A program made the position numbers and the translations under genes. 64,000 nucleotides of DNA from NCBI RefSeq assembly GCF_006345805.1, contig NC_043002.1, positions 48,360,001 through 48,424,000 of the forward strand, written 5' to 3'. This document shows positions 1-13,177 of the stretch, piece after piece. This DNA is from Octopus sinensis (lineage: Eukaryota). How positions within the stretch are numbered: position 1 is the first letter of the stretch; each line of letters starts with the position of its first letter. The notes beneath the pieces are model-generated. The model was not told the origin of the DNA. It did no database searches and was given only the letters and a program-made list of their open reading frames with translations.

Positions 1-11
1 CGTGACTTATA

Positions 12-408
12 TCTTTATATATAAAAGTCAAGTTCTGTGTATGTCTCCTACGATTTAGAATCCTAACTACTCCCACATTTTGCGGTGCAGTGTAACCAAA
101 ACCGGGTATCTTATAGTCGTGATTCATATCGAGCCCTTCTGGGTATTAGCGTGCGTCTACGATGAGTCTACGATTTTAAAAAATTTACCATCATATTTTT
201 CCAATTTTAATGCATTTTTTCGCTATTATATAAGGGAAGTAACTCTCTAAAAATATCTACGATGTGTCAACGATTTAAAAAGAAATTTACCTTAATTTTT
301 TTTTCCATTTTTAATGCATTTTTTTCCTATTTTTTGGCTATAACTCTCTAAAAATGCTTATATAGTTATTTCCCTTACAAACCCGAGCAACGCCGGGCGA
401 TACTGCTA

Positions 409-409
<1 letters not shown>
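12..409 (+). mobile_element. Complete non-autonomous Helitron (~400 bp)
   Basis: Starts A|TC(TTTATATATAAAA) at 11-13. Subterminal hairpin CCCG-agcaacgc-CGGG at 382-397, then CTAG|T at 406-410. Inserted between A and T with no TSD. Confidence 0.85.
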
Positions 410-460
<51 letters not shown>

Positions 461-530
461 TAGTTTCAGCTCAGAGCTGCGGCAATGCTGACATTCATAC
501 ATATAATCTATCGATCTGTCTATCTATCTA

Positions 531-600
<70 letters not shown>

Positions 601-631
601 AATCATCTATCTATCTATCTATCTATCTATC

Positions 632-701
<70 letters not shown>
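410..701. repeat. Compound (TA)n/(TCTA)n microsatellite
   Basis: Directly visible; source of spurious ORF 485..676. Confidence 0.95.
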
Positions 702-1460
702 CACTGTCTACTCGCTATTGAGTATAGCCAGCTTTTGCGCTAAGACACCAGATGTAGTTTCACCGTGTCACATGTTTCCATGAAGACTATGTGCTGATTA
801 CAGTACAGCCTGTACTGAACAAGTGGTATTTCATCCATTCATCAGCTGATGCACAGAAATCTTGAATGGTTTTCATGTATTCACTAGCGTATGCCTGAAG
901 CATTTTCAGAAATCAAAATGTACTGCTGAATAATCGTACTTAAATGTGATAAAAGCTTTTCTTCACAGTGAAAAAAAAAACATTGAGTTCTTTCTATAAC
1001 GTGATAATGCACTACTGATTTTGCGAGGTGTGAATGCCCACACAATGGCTAAAGCTATAAAAGATTTACACAATATACTGAAAGAGTTAGAAATGAAAAT
1101 CAGAGTAGACAGTAGCATAAGCATATTTAATATCTTAGATAAACCTACTGGTAAATACTACCCTTATCATAAAGTTGATGATAAATTGTGTTGTATAGTT
1201 TCTATCGTTTCTCAATTATCATTAAATATTAAGTTAATAACATTAATGAGTTCATATACAACTCATTTTCTGGTGAGATATTATTAACCTTGATGCTCGT
1301 AATTACAAGTATGCATTCAAATATAGGATAATACATTGCACAACAGTAATATTTAAAAACATAAACAACTAAATGTGTGGTATATTCCTCCTTAGAGAGA
1401 GTGAACGTTTATTTCAATGTTGCATGGTTTTCCTAAACTTCATGAATGAGCATCCCCGCG

Positions 1461-2560
1461 TTTGGCATCCTTTCTGTCTCGGGAGACAATGGAGTTGCGC
1501 ATTTTTTTTTTTTTTTCTAGGTCAAGTCCGGCTGTTATATTTTATTTCCTGTTACATTTCTTGCTGTGGCTGTGTAGTCCTATCCTGGACAAACACTCCC
1601 TCTGGCTGGTACTGCAAATGTAGCGAAGACTGTTCCTGGCTGGTTGTAGTGCCATGGTCTCTTGTTTATGTCTCTTCCTTTCTTTCCATTTCTCCTCTCT
1701 CTTTCTGTCACTCCTCTGTATACCCTCTTTTACTGTACGTCGCCATTCTCCACGGTTGCCGGCGACTGCCTCCCAACCGCTAATGTTGATGTTGCAGGCC
1801 TTCATATCCCTTTTGCAAACAACCTTGTAACGTAAGATCGGTCTACCCACAGACCTAGTACCCTGAGCAAGCTCTCCGTAGAGTATGTCCTTGGGGATTC
1901 TGCCATCTTTCATACGGCTAACATGCCCAAGCCATCTCATACGTCTTTGTGTGAGGAGTGCAAACATGCTTGGTATTCCTGCTTGCCTGAGGACATCTTT
2001 GTTGGGGATATGATTCTGCCATTTGATGTGGAGGATTTTTCGGAGGCAGCGCAGGTGAAAGATGTTTAGGCGACGCTCTTGGCGTGTGTATAGCGTCCAG
2101 GTCTCGCTTCCATACAGTAGAGTGCTGAGTACACATGTCTGGTAGATCTTCATTTTTGTGGTCTTGGTCAGCTTATTGTTGTCCCAAGCCCGTTTGGAGA
2201 GTTGGGCCATCGCAGCAGTTGCCTTGCCAATGCGTATATTGAGCTCAGCGTCAAGGGATAGGTTGTAGGTGACGGTAGAGCCCAGATAGGTAAACTTCTC
2301 CACCTCTTGTAATCTGTGGTCTCCAATATGTATGTTTGGGATGTCCGATGTAGCCTGGCCCATGATGTTGGTCTTCTTAAGGCTGATAGCTAAGCCAAAG
2401 TCGTTACATGCTTGCTCAAAACAGTTAATGAGCCTTTGGAGGGCTTCTTCTGTGTGTGTTACCAGAGCGGCATCATCAGCAAATAACATCTCCTTGATCA
2501 GGACGTTTCTGATTTTGGTCTTGGCACGCAGGCGCGAGAGAATGAACAGTTTCCCGGGTA
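1461..2560 (-). mobile_element. 5'-truncated RTE-clade (BovB-like) LINE
   Basis: Minus-strand frame reads GKLFILSRLRAKTKIRNVLIKEMLFADD. RTE-type 3' end CCATTGTCTCCCGAGACAGAAAGGATGCCAAA at ~1461-1493. Confidence 0.92.
1542..2489 (-). CDS. RTE LINE reverse transcriptase, C-terminal part (open frame, element 5'-truncated)
   Basis: LFADD catalytic motif; FTYLGS, LLYGSETW and RWLGHVSRM motifs; C-terminal ...CLSRIGLHSH..C typical of RTE ORFs. Confidence 0.9.
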   Translation of the reverse strand: MLFADDAALVTHTEEALQRLINCFEQACNDFGLAISLKKTNIMGQATSDIPNIHIGDHRLQEVEKFTYLGSTVTYNLSLDAELNIRIGKATAAMAQLSKRAWDNNKLTKTTKMKIYQTCVLSTLLYGSETWTLYTRQERRLNIFHLRCLRKILHIKWQNHIPNKDVLRQAGIPSMFALLTQRRMRWLGHVSRMKDGRIPKDILYGELAQGTRSVGRPILRYKVVCKRDMKACNINISGWEAVAGNRGEWRRTVKEGIQRSDRKREEKWKERKRHKQETMALQPARNSLRYICSTSQRECLSRIGLHSHSKKCNRK

Positions 2561-5500
2561 CAACACAGATAACAGAGAATCAGAAAACCTCCCAGTACGA
2601 ACACGCTGCGTTCTTTCACATTTAATGACAACAAACCTACTGCCTTTCAATCGTGTGTATTATTCATAAAGCAGGTTTGTGCAGCTAAAGCGTCTCCCAT
2701 ATACATAACGGTGAAACAAAAATCTGGGTAGTTTTTTTTTATGGAAAATACATTGAAGAATGTATTTGCATACCTATTTAGATACTTAGAAACAAATCAC
2801 ACAACTTCATTATCTAATGCGTCTGGGTTTAAGCGATAATATTAGTAATTGCAAAATTGAGCATGCGCTTTCTTACATTAATGGTTCCAGAAGGTGCATT
2901 TCTTGTCTCTCAGAGAAGTATAAGACACGTTAACAGTCTTGCTCAATTTTAGATAATATATTGGAACTGATATTTTCTGGTTGTTACATGTTTATTTCCC
3001 ATTTACTAGATTATTTGTCGTACACAGAGTGACAGTCATATTAATCAAAAAGTAAATCAATCATTCATCAGCTAACATTTTAATAACAAAATCTGACACA
3101 CTCACGTGTTTTATACATATTAGCATTTTATGTGTAAACAGAAATTCTCATTTCATACCTTAACTGAATATTTTAATTTCTTAATTATCATTTACGGTAT
3201 ACAGCAGCCATATACTTTAAATACTCTTATGTGACTTTTTGATGTCATCGTTGTTTGTCTTTTATGTTAGTACTTCATTCTGTAAAAAACAAACAAAAAA
3301 AACTGTTAAAAACATTTCTTTATTATACAACATTCTAATCCAACATGCAATATTTCAGTGTACAAAATATCTGCAAAAGATTTCTTTCTTTGATTTTCCT
3401 ATAATGCTTATAGCAAAAGAAAAAAATTATTCGTTCTCTCATTTTCTAGCGCTTAATATTTATTTCAAAACAAAACATACATATCTAACAATGTTGAAGA
3501 ACACCCCAATCTTTATTCCATATAAAAAAAGGCATTTGGTATAGTATTGTATAAATGTACTTGCAAATATATTTGTTTATATATTGTCACATTGTTTCCC
3601 TAATTCACTCGTTTAAATGATCTGTAAATGTCAGCTCTCTAGAGCTCTCGTTGACAGAGTACACCATCTCTTTAAACTGCTAGATGGTCTATGCATTTCG
3701 GACTACTAGCAATGACCTCCAAATCGCGCCCAACTTACATCCTACAGTCTTAAATTGGTAGGGCGCGTTGGAATGTGGTCTTAGATATAGAAAAAAGAGG
3801 TGTCGTGATTGCATAATAGGTTTCTTCATTATGACAAACAAAGATAAGCAACGATAGCAACAATTCTTGATTTGTTCTTCACTAGACTCAGCGGCCGAAG
3901 TAACATGGGAACTGTGCTGTTGTATATGGATATAAATGAAAATACATGATATCACAGATATAGCTTGACGTAAGCTGACTGCTTGCTTCTTAATGTAGTC
4001 CGCTTGTTGAAACGACTGAAGCAGAAAAGCGATTAAATTAAACATTGGCTTTGTACGTTAGCTTTACATATGAAACATACTTCAAAGATAAGAATGAAGT
4101 GAACGTTTTTGACGCAGTGCACATAAGTGGAAAAATCACCTTAACATATTTGTTGAGCTTGTGAAATTGCATTAGGCTCCTTGACAAAAGCACACACTAA
4201 GCAATCACCTGATATTAGTGATTCGGACTGGGCGAATATGTGTTGACCTTTCTGAATCACATATTATTAATATTATCGGAACTTACATATTTCCAAATAA
4301 TTGATGTTCTTAGATGGAAGAAAAAAAATAAGGACTTTTTGAATGCATGACTTTTATGAAATAAAGAAGCAACAAAATAGACCAAGTAAATGTAAGTTTT
4401 ACTGATTCATGGGAAAATTGTTGATAACGTTATTTTTTAAAACAATATCTACATTGCTGCAATACCTCAGATCTTATGTTTTTCTATACTAATAATACAG
4501 GAGTAATTTTCGGCGCTGGTCAAACTTTGTCCAACAAAGTTCACAAAATGAAATACATTCCTGTGCTGTGATAAAAGATAAAATATATAGCGCTTCTACT
4601 AGTGTGCTTTGATCGGAAAAAAAATTAGACAAATTTTGAAATATAAATACTACAACGCTCTATTCATAACCTAGGATCCCTATTAAATTGTTTCTTATAC
4701 ATTGAGAATTGTTTAATAATCATTTAAATGGTCGCATAAATTTTGCTGAAATTCACCAAAACAACATAATACTGAATCTGTAAATGAAAGTGTTTACTAA
4801 AGCACAAAGTTATCTAATTGGATCTGTGTGAGAAATAAAACTTTATAATGGGCGCTGGAGATCTCTTGTAAGGGGTTTTAGGGCGAGCTTATATAAAAAC
4901 AAACGTTGAGAACTACTTCTGTAATTCTTTCACTTAGACGCTCTAATGATTCTAAAAATAAGTGAAAAAATAGGGAAATCCAAGCATTGAGAACTCTAAG
5001 TATTTACTATAATTCACAAAAGACATGGTCTGGTCATATACAATGAAACTGGCTTATATTGAACAGCTAGGAATGAAATGCAAAATCTACAGTGGTGGTA
5101 TCGGTATTTAGAAAGCAGTATAACGAAACGAGATATAGTAATTAATTTAGTGGACCACACCATTGATACTCCGCGTAAAATTAGGAAATTAATATTTCTA
5201 TGTCACAGGGTGATAAAAAATAACATAATGTAGAGTTGGACATATTTTTTATTATCTAAATCAGTAAGTACTTTACATTTTAGAACAAAAATTTTACTAG
5301 ATTTCAATGTGCTTTGTTCTTATCAAGCATCGATACAACAGCCATTCATATTATAAGGGGAAATGAATAATATGTATTTCCTATTCCTTACAAAAATTGG
5401 ATATCAATATTTATGTCCAAGAAGAATACTACTTGTTACCGAATATATGTTAGAAAGAAAATTGAAAAGTTTCTAAGCATGGCTATAACTCGATATAATT

Positions 5501-6250
5501 AATGCTTTTCGATAAAATTCTGATCATTATAAAGGAAATCAGTTCAATAGCCAAATGAAAAGAGAAAAGCAGAAAATACCGAGCACACTAAACGAATGAC
5601 CGTCTTTGTAGAACTTGATATCTACACGTGTACAAAATGAAAATAATATCTAAAGAAATTATATCGTTAGAAGAGATGGCTGACACGTCTAACTTGCAAT
5701 ATAGTCATTGAATATTCTTTTCTACCACCACCACCACCACGAATTCTAACAAAAGTAAAATGAAGATATGGAGGTGAATAAACACATGTAGAATGTAGAG
5801 CAATACTGAGACTCAGTCTTCGACGACGCAATTGCCCCAATGATAACATTTAGAAAGTCATACAATTACATTCTAAATATGGAATCTCATGAGTACAAGC
5901 AAGGCTTTAAATAATGATAAAGTCTTCATTTATTTGCTTAATTTGCGAATCTCATTTACTTTTGCCTCTAAATCTGTCTCTTGTCTTCTTTATTGTTTTC
6001 CATATTTTTCTTGCCTATTCTTTTTGTAACCACTCTACTTTTATTGGAAAACAAAGAGAAAAAACACACTAGTTACAAAATGTCACAAGAACAAAAAATC
6101 CCCACAGCAGACAGGCGCCCGCATACACACATACATATATACCCGTATATATATATGAATATGAATATGTGTGTATATGTGTGTATATATGCATATATGT
6201 TTAAATATATATGTATAGAGTCAGTAGCTGAGAGCTAGATATATATGTAC

Positions 6251-6341
<91 letters not shown>

Positions 6342-6544
6342 CTTAAAGTTAGAATATGTTTATAACATTCTCACGTCCAAAGACAATACCGAAGAAAGAT
6401 AACCTTGGAGAGATTCAAAGCCATAGCTTTAACTAAAGAAAACCAGTCAACATCAGTGGCTGTGTTGCACTAGTGGACCGCCTGGCCAGAATAAAAATAG
6501 CACCATCAGCGCCGAGTAGTGATTAGGAATAAAAGAACTTTAAT

Positions 6545-6852
6545 CCATAGATATTGTGGACCATTTCATAAGTTTCTGTAGCGCTTTTTCCCAGTTAAAC
6601 ACAAACCTTATTGCATAGCGTTCTTCTAGACGTCTCGGCTACATTCAACAAATTAGTTTGGTGTGACGAGCAGTTTTTAGCAGGGCATTTTCAAAGTGCT
6701 GTTACAATCGTCTCCTTCAATCTCGTATTGCAAAACTTCGTATGTCATCTTATTAGGTGTAGAGAAATGATGTGCTCAGATTACAATAATCTCGTTTATT
6801 TAAAACTGCCTCTCCTTAAAAAGCCACAAAACTTTTGAAATGCACCACATGT
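6545..6852 (-). mobile_element. Mariner remnant (5' TIR plus transposase N-terminus)
   Basis: Minus strand reads LEERYAIRF/LGKSATETYEMVHNIYG across a frameshift. TIR-like TACATGTGGTGCATTTCAAAAGTT near 6830-6852. Confidence 0.7.
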
Positions 6853-6887
6853 ATATTATACATATGTGAAAGCGTATGTGTGTGTGA

Positions 6888-6935
<48 letters not shown>

Positions 6936-7478
6936 ATATATGCATGAGTATGTGAGTTCAGGCGCGCGTGTGTCTGTGTATAAAATGGGTGAGAGTACGT
7001 CAGAAGGTCTATAGTAGGCAGTAGACACAGATAGATTAAGTCTAAGACCAGATCAAAAGCTTAAAATCTAATAACAAACATTGGGAGACGAAATGAAAGT
7101 ATAATGCAATAACCGATGGGTAGGCAATTGTGAATTACACCAAAGTTTTTATAAATCAGATATACAGACCTAAGTATAAATTTAAGTACATAGGAAAACA
7201 GGAAAAAGTAAGTCCAAAGGAAAAATTTAAGTCACAGCTTTGAATCTCCTCAGAGTTACCGCTCTTTGGTATTTCCTTTTGGAGAAGGTTAGAGAATCAA
7301 AAATGTGCGTCTGTAAATTTGCTAGAGGTGAGCTAAGCACCCGGCAGATATGGTGTTTTAACACCTTTTACCATAAAAGAGAAGTTTTTCTCAACGGTTA
7401 CTGCAGACAATTTGCCAGTGGAAATTAACATATTTTAACTAAGCTAAATTTCCTTTATTCCTAATCTCTGGACGCGAC

Positions 7479-7537
<59 letters not shown>

Positions 7538-7708
7538 CGTAAGGGGGATCAGCCATCTGAATGTGGCTAGGGACAGGGCGGGGTGGTGGGGGTGTTACTG
7601 ATGCTTTTAGCCCCAGGCGATCATCAACGTCACCAGAAGGACTGACACCATATCAGTGTCCTTGTTTGCCTGTAAAGGGAGGTCATCCTCCCTCGAAGAT
7701 ACGGATAC

Positions 7709-7756
7709 TACATACGGACCGGTTTCGAGGTCATCGCCTCTTATCAACGTATGGTA
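7709..7756 (-). ncRNA. Minimal type I hammerhead ribozyme (U3-A8 core variant)
   Basis: Reverse complement reads atacg-TTGATAA-gagg cgatga cctc-GAAA-ccgg-TC-cgtat. Confidence 0.75.
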
Positions 7757-8179
7757 AGTACCGCTCTTCGATGAAGGATTCCCTCTACAAGCAACATATA
7801 TAAGGTTTTTCACGGTAACTACTGTCACTGATGTAGAAAAACTGTCTGAAAACAATAATAAATCTCTGAACGAGATATAAACAGTAACTGCTCGACAACG
7901 TAAGGGGGATCAGCCATCTGAATGTGGCTAGGGACAGGGTGGGGTGGTGGGGGTGTTACTGATGCTTTTAGCCCCAGGCGATCATCAACGTCACCAGAAG
8001 GACTGACACCACATTCAGATGGCTGATCCCCCTTACGTTGTCGAGCAGTTACTGTTTATATCTCGTTCAGAGATTTATTATTGTTTTCAGACAGTTTTTC
8101 TACATCAGTGAAAGTAGTTACTGTGAAAAACCTTATATATGTTGCTTGTAGAGAGAATCCTTCATCGAAGAGCGGTACT

Positions 8180-8227
8180 TACAATACGTTGATAAGAGGC
8201 GATGACCTCGAAACCGGTCCGTATGTA
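8180..8227 (+). ncRNA. Minimal type I hammerhead ribozyme (U3-A8 core variant)
   Basis: Stem I atacg/cgtat; core TTGATAA 8189-8195; stem II gagg/cctc; GAAA 8210-8213; palindromic stem III ACCGGT; GUC cleavage triplet ending at 8219. Confidence 0.78.
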
Positions 8228-8444
8228 GTATCCGTATCTTCGAGGGAGGATGACCTCCCTTTACAGGCAAACAAGGACACTGATATGGTGTCAGTCCTTC
8301 TGGTGACGTTGATGATCACCTGGGGCTAAAAGCATCAGTAACACCCCCACCACCCCGCCCTGTCCCTAGCCACATTCAGATGGCTGATCCCCCTTACGTT
8401 GTCGAGCAGTTACTGTTTATATCTCGTTCAGAGATTTATTATTG

Positions 8445-8488
<44 letters not shown>

Positions 8489-8551
8489 TATATATATATA
8501 TATATACGCACATATATATATATGTGTGTGTGTAAATATATACACACGTGC

Positions 8552-8582
<31 letters not shown>

Positions 8583-9134
8583 TATACATATATAAAAATA
8601 AATAATATATATATATATGAAAGAACACTGAGTAACTTCGACTAAAATTTATTCCACCAAATGATGAAGAACATGTATAAAATAAATTTGTGTTAATTCA
8701 TATACATTTTCTAACACCAATTTACTGCAGGTATTCAAGTTTATGTATACACAATGCACACTACCACATTACAGCACATATTGATCACGCACTTCTGAAA
8801 CAGCTGTAAAGGTTTGCCTGGATTATCTTCTCTTTATCTGGAGAGTTAGACGTTCTTTTCCATGTTTTTCTATATAATTATATTTATATTTACATCAGTA
8901 TATCTGATTTATAAAAGCTTCGGTGTAATTAAAAACAGCCTGCTCAACGGTTATTGCATAATACTTTCATTTGCTAGACTGTTACATTTCCTATAGCCGA
9001 CGCTTGTTTGCATAGATTTCTCCCATTGTTTGACATGAGATTTTAAGCATTTGATCTAAACTTAGAATTAATGTGTCTATTATAGACCTTCTGACTTACT
9101 CTCATTTTACACACACATACACACACATACAAAC

Positions 9135-9165
<31 letters not shown>

Positions 9166-9227
9166 TATATACATATATATATATGTATATATATGTATAT
9201 ATATATATGTATATATATGTATGTATA

Positions 9228-9334
<107 letters not shown>

Positions 9335-9337
9335 ATG

Positions 9338-9545
9338 AACAGTTATGATGAGCTAAGAGACGATGAGAGAGATAGCAGTGAGAGTAGCATCAGAATATCA
9401 CCGCTGGTTGAGAAAATTCGCAATTATCTGAATGAAAATTGTCGTTTATCTATAAAGACAATAGGTATACAGTTTGGAGTTGATGTGACAACTATACATT
9501 GAATTATTCGACTTTGTTCCTCGGTTGCTCGGTGATGAGCACGCT
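9338..9545 (+). mobile_element. Mariner transposase HTH remnant
   Basis: ELRDDER...[34 protein letters not shown] resembles the mariner DDxRxGRP...DRRxTxxxIA region. Confidence 0.65.
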
Positions 9546-9662
9546 AGAAACTGTCATTCACCCTCTCTAAACTCCAGGCTATGTAAGGGGTCCTAGACCC
9601 CTTAACTTTGGGTTACATCAATGGGTTTTTCACACACATACACACATGCACACACATACACA

Positions 9663-9706
<44 letters not shown>

Positions 9707-9861
9707 TCTGTGTGTGTGTGCACTATGTATATCTACATATATATGTGTATATATATATATACATATATATATATATAAATAAATATATATGTATATATGT
9801 GGGTCTGTGTGTGTACGTAAATATCCTATATATATATATGTGTGTGTGTGTACGTAAATAT

Positions 9862-9909
<48 letters not shown>

Positions 9910-10271
9910 TGTATGTATCTGTACAAGTAGAAACTCTCGTCATTGACTGGGTTTAAAAAAGCTGCCAAAATTGTATTATGAATATCGAAAGATATTCACT
10001 TAGATTGTATTGAACATATATAAGTAATGGCTGTTTTCTTCTGGCCAATATTATCATGGGTGCATATAAACATCTGATCTATGATCCATGGTATCTCAGT
10101 CTATAAGTGAAGCAAACATCGCACAGACTTTGGCGTATGTCTCGTACAAGATAAGCAAATAAATGTTCGAGGAAAGCTAAAACCATATGTACTATAATTT
10201 ATTGAATATAGTGTGAATATCAATTCAAAGTTATTAATCATTCTGAACATTTTAGTTTGTTGATTCGATAG

Positions 10272-10822
10272 TAAAAACTTCCTTATAGACAAAGTTTTGG
10301 GTTTTACCACTAGGGGCAAAAATTAAAGATTATTCTTGCTCCCCACTCTGGATGTCCCAACATATAAATAACCGTGTGAGAAAACTGTGCTCTTCTAATT
10401 GCAAATCAGCAACTTTCAAAGTCTGACCTTGGGTTTATTAATGGTCATTGCAAAAGAAGGGGGATTGGAAACTAAAGTCATTTGAATTCGAAGGGCATAT
10501 TGGAAGGTATTAAGGGTTAGTGAGGAAGGAAAACATCGTCACCTTTTCCACAGCCAGAAATTCTTGCAGCTTGTATGTAATTTCTCATTAGCTTCTTCAC
10601 AACAAAATCTTGTGCCATTGCACGGCTTTAGTTGAGACTTTCGCAGAAGCATGATTAGAATGACTATTTTCCATGGGAAGCTATAAGGAAGAGATCCTGG
10701 TGGCTGCAGTGAGTTTAAAAACTCAACCGGGTAACTAGCTACTTCCGATTCATCTACAGTCTATAGGTTTGTATGTATCTTCGTTTCCTGGTAAAAGTTT
10801 GTCGAGTCTCTCATTTAAATTA
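10272..10822 (-). pseudogene. Helitron Rep/Hel PIF1-like helicase C-terminal remnant (not recognisable in the ORF track)
   Basis: Manual minus-strand translation across frameshifts and stops: [77 protein letters not shown]. Confidence 0.85.
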
Positions 10823-10830
10823 TTCACGAC

Positions 10831-10983
10831 GGACTTCATTCAGTTTCCGCGTATAACAAATGCAATCAGAATACTTTGGCCGGCCCGAGGTTATTGCAGA
10901 CGACACTTGCCCAAGGTGTCACCTAGTGAGACTGAAGCTAGAACCTTGTTGTTGGGAAGCAAACTTCTTGCCACACAGCCATA
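10831..10983 (-). mobile_element. tRNA-derived SINE, 5' part (family A)
   Basis: Reverse complement TGGCTGTGTGGCAAGAAGTTTGCTTCCCAAC...CACCTTGGGCAAGTGTC; same family as 26755-27198. Confidence 0.75.
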
Positions 10984-10994
10984 AATGTGTGTAT

Positions 10995-11058
<64 letters not shown>

Positions 11059-11060
11059 CA

Positions 11061-11091
<31 letters not shown>

Positions 11092-12169
11092 GAATACAGG
11101 GTATATATTCACTAGACGCTCACCTATTATATATTTATATATATATATATAATATATATATATATAAGCACACTCGCACACACACATGCATAAAAAACGC
11201 ACAAACACGGACACGTAAGCGCATGAATATGAGGGATATATACATACAGATGCACACATATACATATATACATATGCATACACACACATATATACATACA
11301 CATACATGCATATATACATACATGCATGCATTAGGCACACACACACACATGCGCACAAACGAACAAAAAGGAACGCAGTGTAAATAACGGACATTCAAGA
11401 CTATTGAAAAGGTTGCAAGACACAACGAAAATTTTAGGAAAATAAATATAAGAAATAAGTGGAAATTTTACCGGTGAGAGTGTTAAAAAAGAAAATGACT
11501 CTCCATAGAAACAACAGCATATATATATATATATATATACATACACACACGCACAAACACACATACATACATATACACTACACAACTACACACACAGACG
11601 CACACATATATATATGAGTGTATATTTGTTTGTGTGTATGTGTATGCGTGTGTGTGTGTAAAAAATAGAAAGAAATGTATGAACTGAGACAAACTTGAGA
11701 TTATTTGGAAATTTTGCCGGACTTTTATGTCATGTGCAACTTATACTTCTTTCCTTTTAGGAAGGGTTTCTGTAAATCTGAGATTAGCTGACCTCATGAT
11801 TCTCATTAGAATCGCAATTACGTATGCATTAAGAGTCAGATTATATCTCAGACAGAATTTGCTTTCTATCAGGTGAGGTGAATGGAAATTACTATAGCAT
11901 CACAAGATGCTTAATACCGATAAGGTTATAAATATCAGAATAAGGAGATAACAATGTATGGAGTGGGAGAGATTGAGAGAAAGAGATAAATAATAACACT
12001 GAAAGAATGAAACAGATGGATAAGAAGACAAAAATAATGACAACAATAACAGCAAGAACACATTTCTTGTATAAGAAGCTTTAAAGAGAATGAAAACCAT
12101 AAAAAGAATGTAATTTAAGACAACGAAATAAAGTATAAGGTAATACTGATCTTATTATCTATCAGTCTA

Positions 12170-12275
12170 AGGCGGCAAGCGGGCGGAATCGTTGGAGCAC
12201 CGGACAAGATGCTTAGCGACATTCTGACCGTTTTACCATTCTGAGTTCAAATTCCTCCGAGGTCGACTCTACCCA
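12170..12275 (+). mobile_element. tRNA-derived SINE head (family B)
   Basis: GGCGGCAAGCGGGCGGAATCGTT...CTGAGTTCAAATTCC B-box-like; homologous to 32775-32972, 60560-60773 and 63067-63284. Confidence 0.7.
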
Positions 12276-12977
12276 TGTTTATCTAATATATCTGCATTTA
12301 TAACTATGGCTTTACATTCGGGTACATACATACATACATATATATATATACATATATACATACATACATTATGGCTGCAGGCTCATATTCGAGTATTGCC
12401 ATCGCCTTATCGTAAGTTCCACACATGCGAAGACTACGACCAGCAATTTTTTGCGATAGGTCTTATTTTTCTCAAGCGATGCCTGTGCATAAGGATCTTT
12501 CATAGTGGTAAAAGGATTCACACAAAATCCAATCGCACTTTCTGAACATGGGCAAAATAAACCCGAAAAGAAGAATTAATATACATTATCAAATATTGTC
12601 TATGTTGCAGATTTTCTCTCAGAGTTTCTCTCTCCCAGAGAGATGTTATGACAACAACAGAGGGGTTCCCACTCCCAGTGAGCCAACCGCGCGCCTGGAC
12701 ACCAACCCAGGTATTCCCACATCTCCGTGCATTCATATAGGCATATATACACATGTACGCATTGTTGGATGAACGTTGAATGCTCACGAGCTCTTTGATA
12801 GAGCTTATTTTTCGTCGTGTAGGGTCTCCAACAATAGCCCTTCTCATCAAAATAGCTTGATGAGGTTGCCAGTTTAGTTGTCGACGATCCGATCATGAAA
12901 CAGTTTGTACTGGATTACATGTTACCACTCGCGTCTGGGAGCGACTTGACATAACATACATACATGTACATATATGC

Positions 12978-13008
<31 letters not shown>

Positions 13009-13126
13009 TCTATCTATCTATCTATCTATATTTATATATATATTTATTTATTTATTTATATGCCCTTATGCGTGTGTGTATATGTATATGTGCATATATA
13101 TATGTACATATATGTGTGTTTATGTG

Positions 13127-13176
<50 letters not shown>

Positions 13177-13177
13177 T

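Larger units (their letters stand above)
7536..8447. mobile_element. PLE pseudo-LTR / retrozyme-like fold-back array, 361-bp unit, in (TA)n
   Basis: Antisense arm 7536-8010 (unit restarts at 7897, period 361). Sense arm 8010-8447 (CACATTCAGATGG at 8010 and 8371). Arms nearly identical, one hammerhead per arm, (TA)n on both sides. Confidence 0.85.

Noticed and set aside
790-1287. Short open frames (1021..1287 +; minus-strand AYASEYMKTIQDFC...)
   Set aside because: Short, with no recognisable homology; expected by chance.
7607-8329. Paired 82-aa ORFs (7607..7855 - and 8081..8329 +), and similarly 18055..18306 / 18704..18976
   Set aside because: They appear twice only because of the inverted repeats, have non-ATG starts and no protein motifs.
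12850-12915. TTGATGA...GAAACAGTTTGTA hammerhead-like motif
   Set aside because: Stems I and II do not form in register and the core spacing is wrong.
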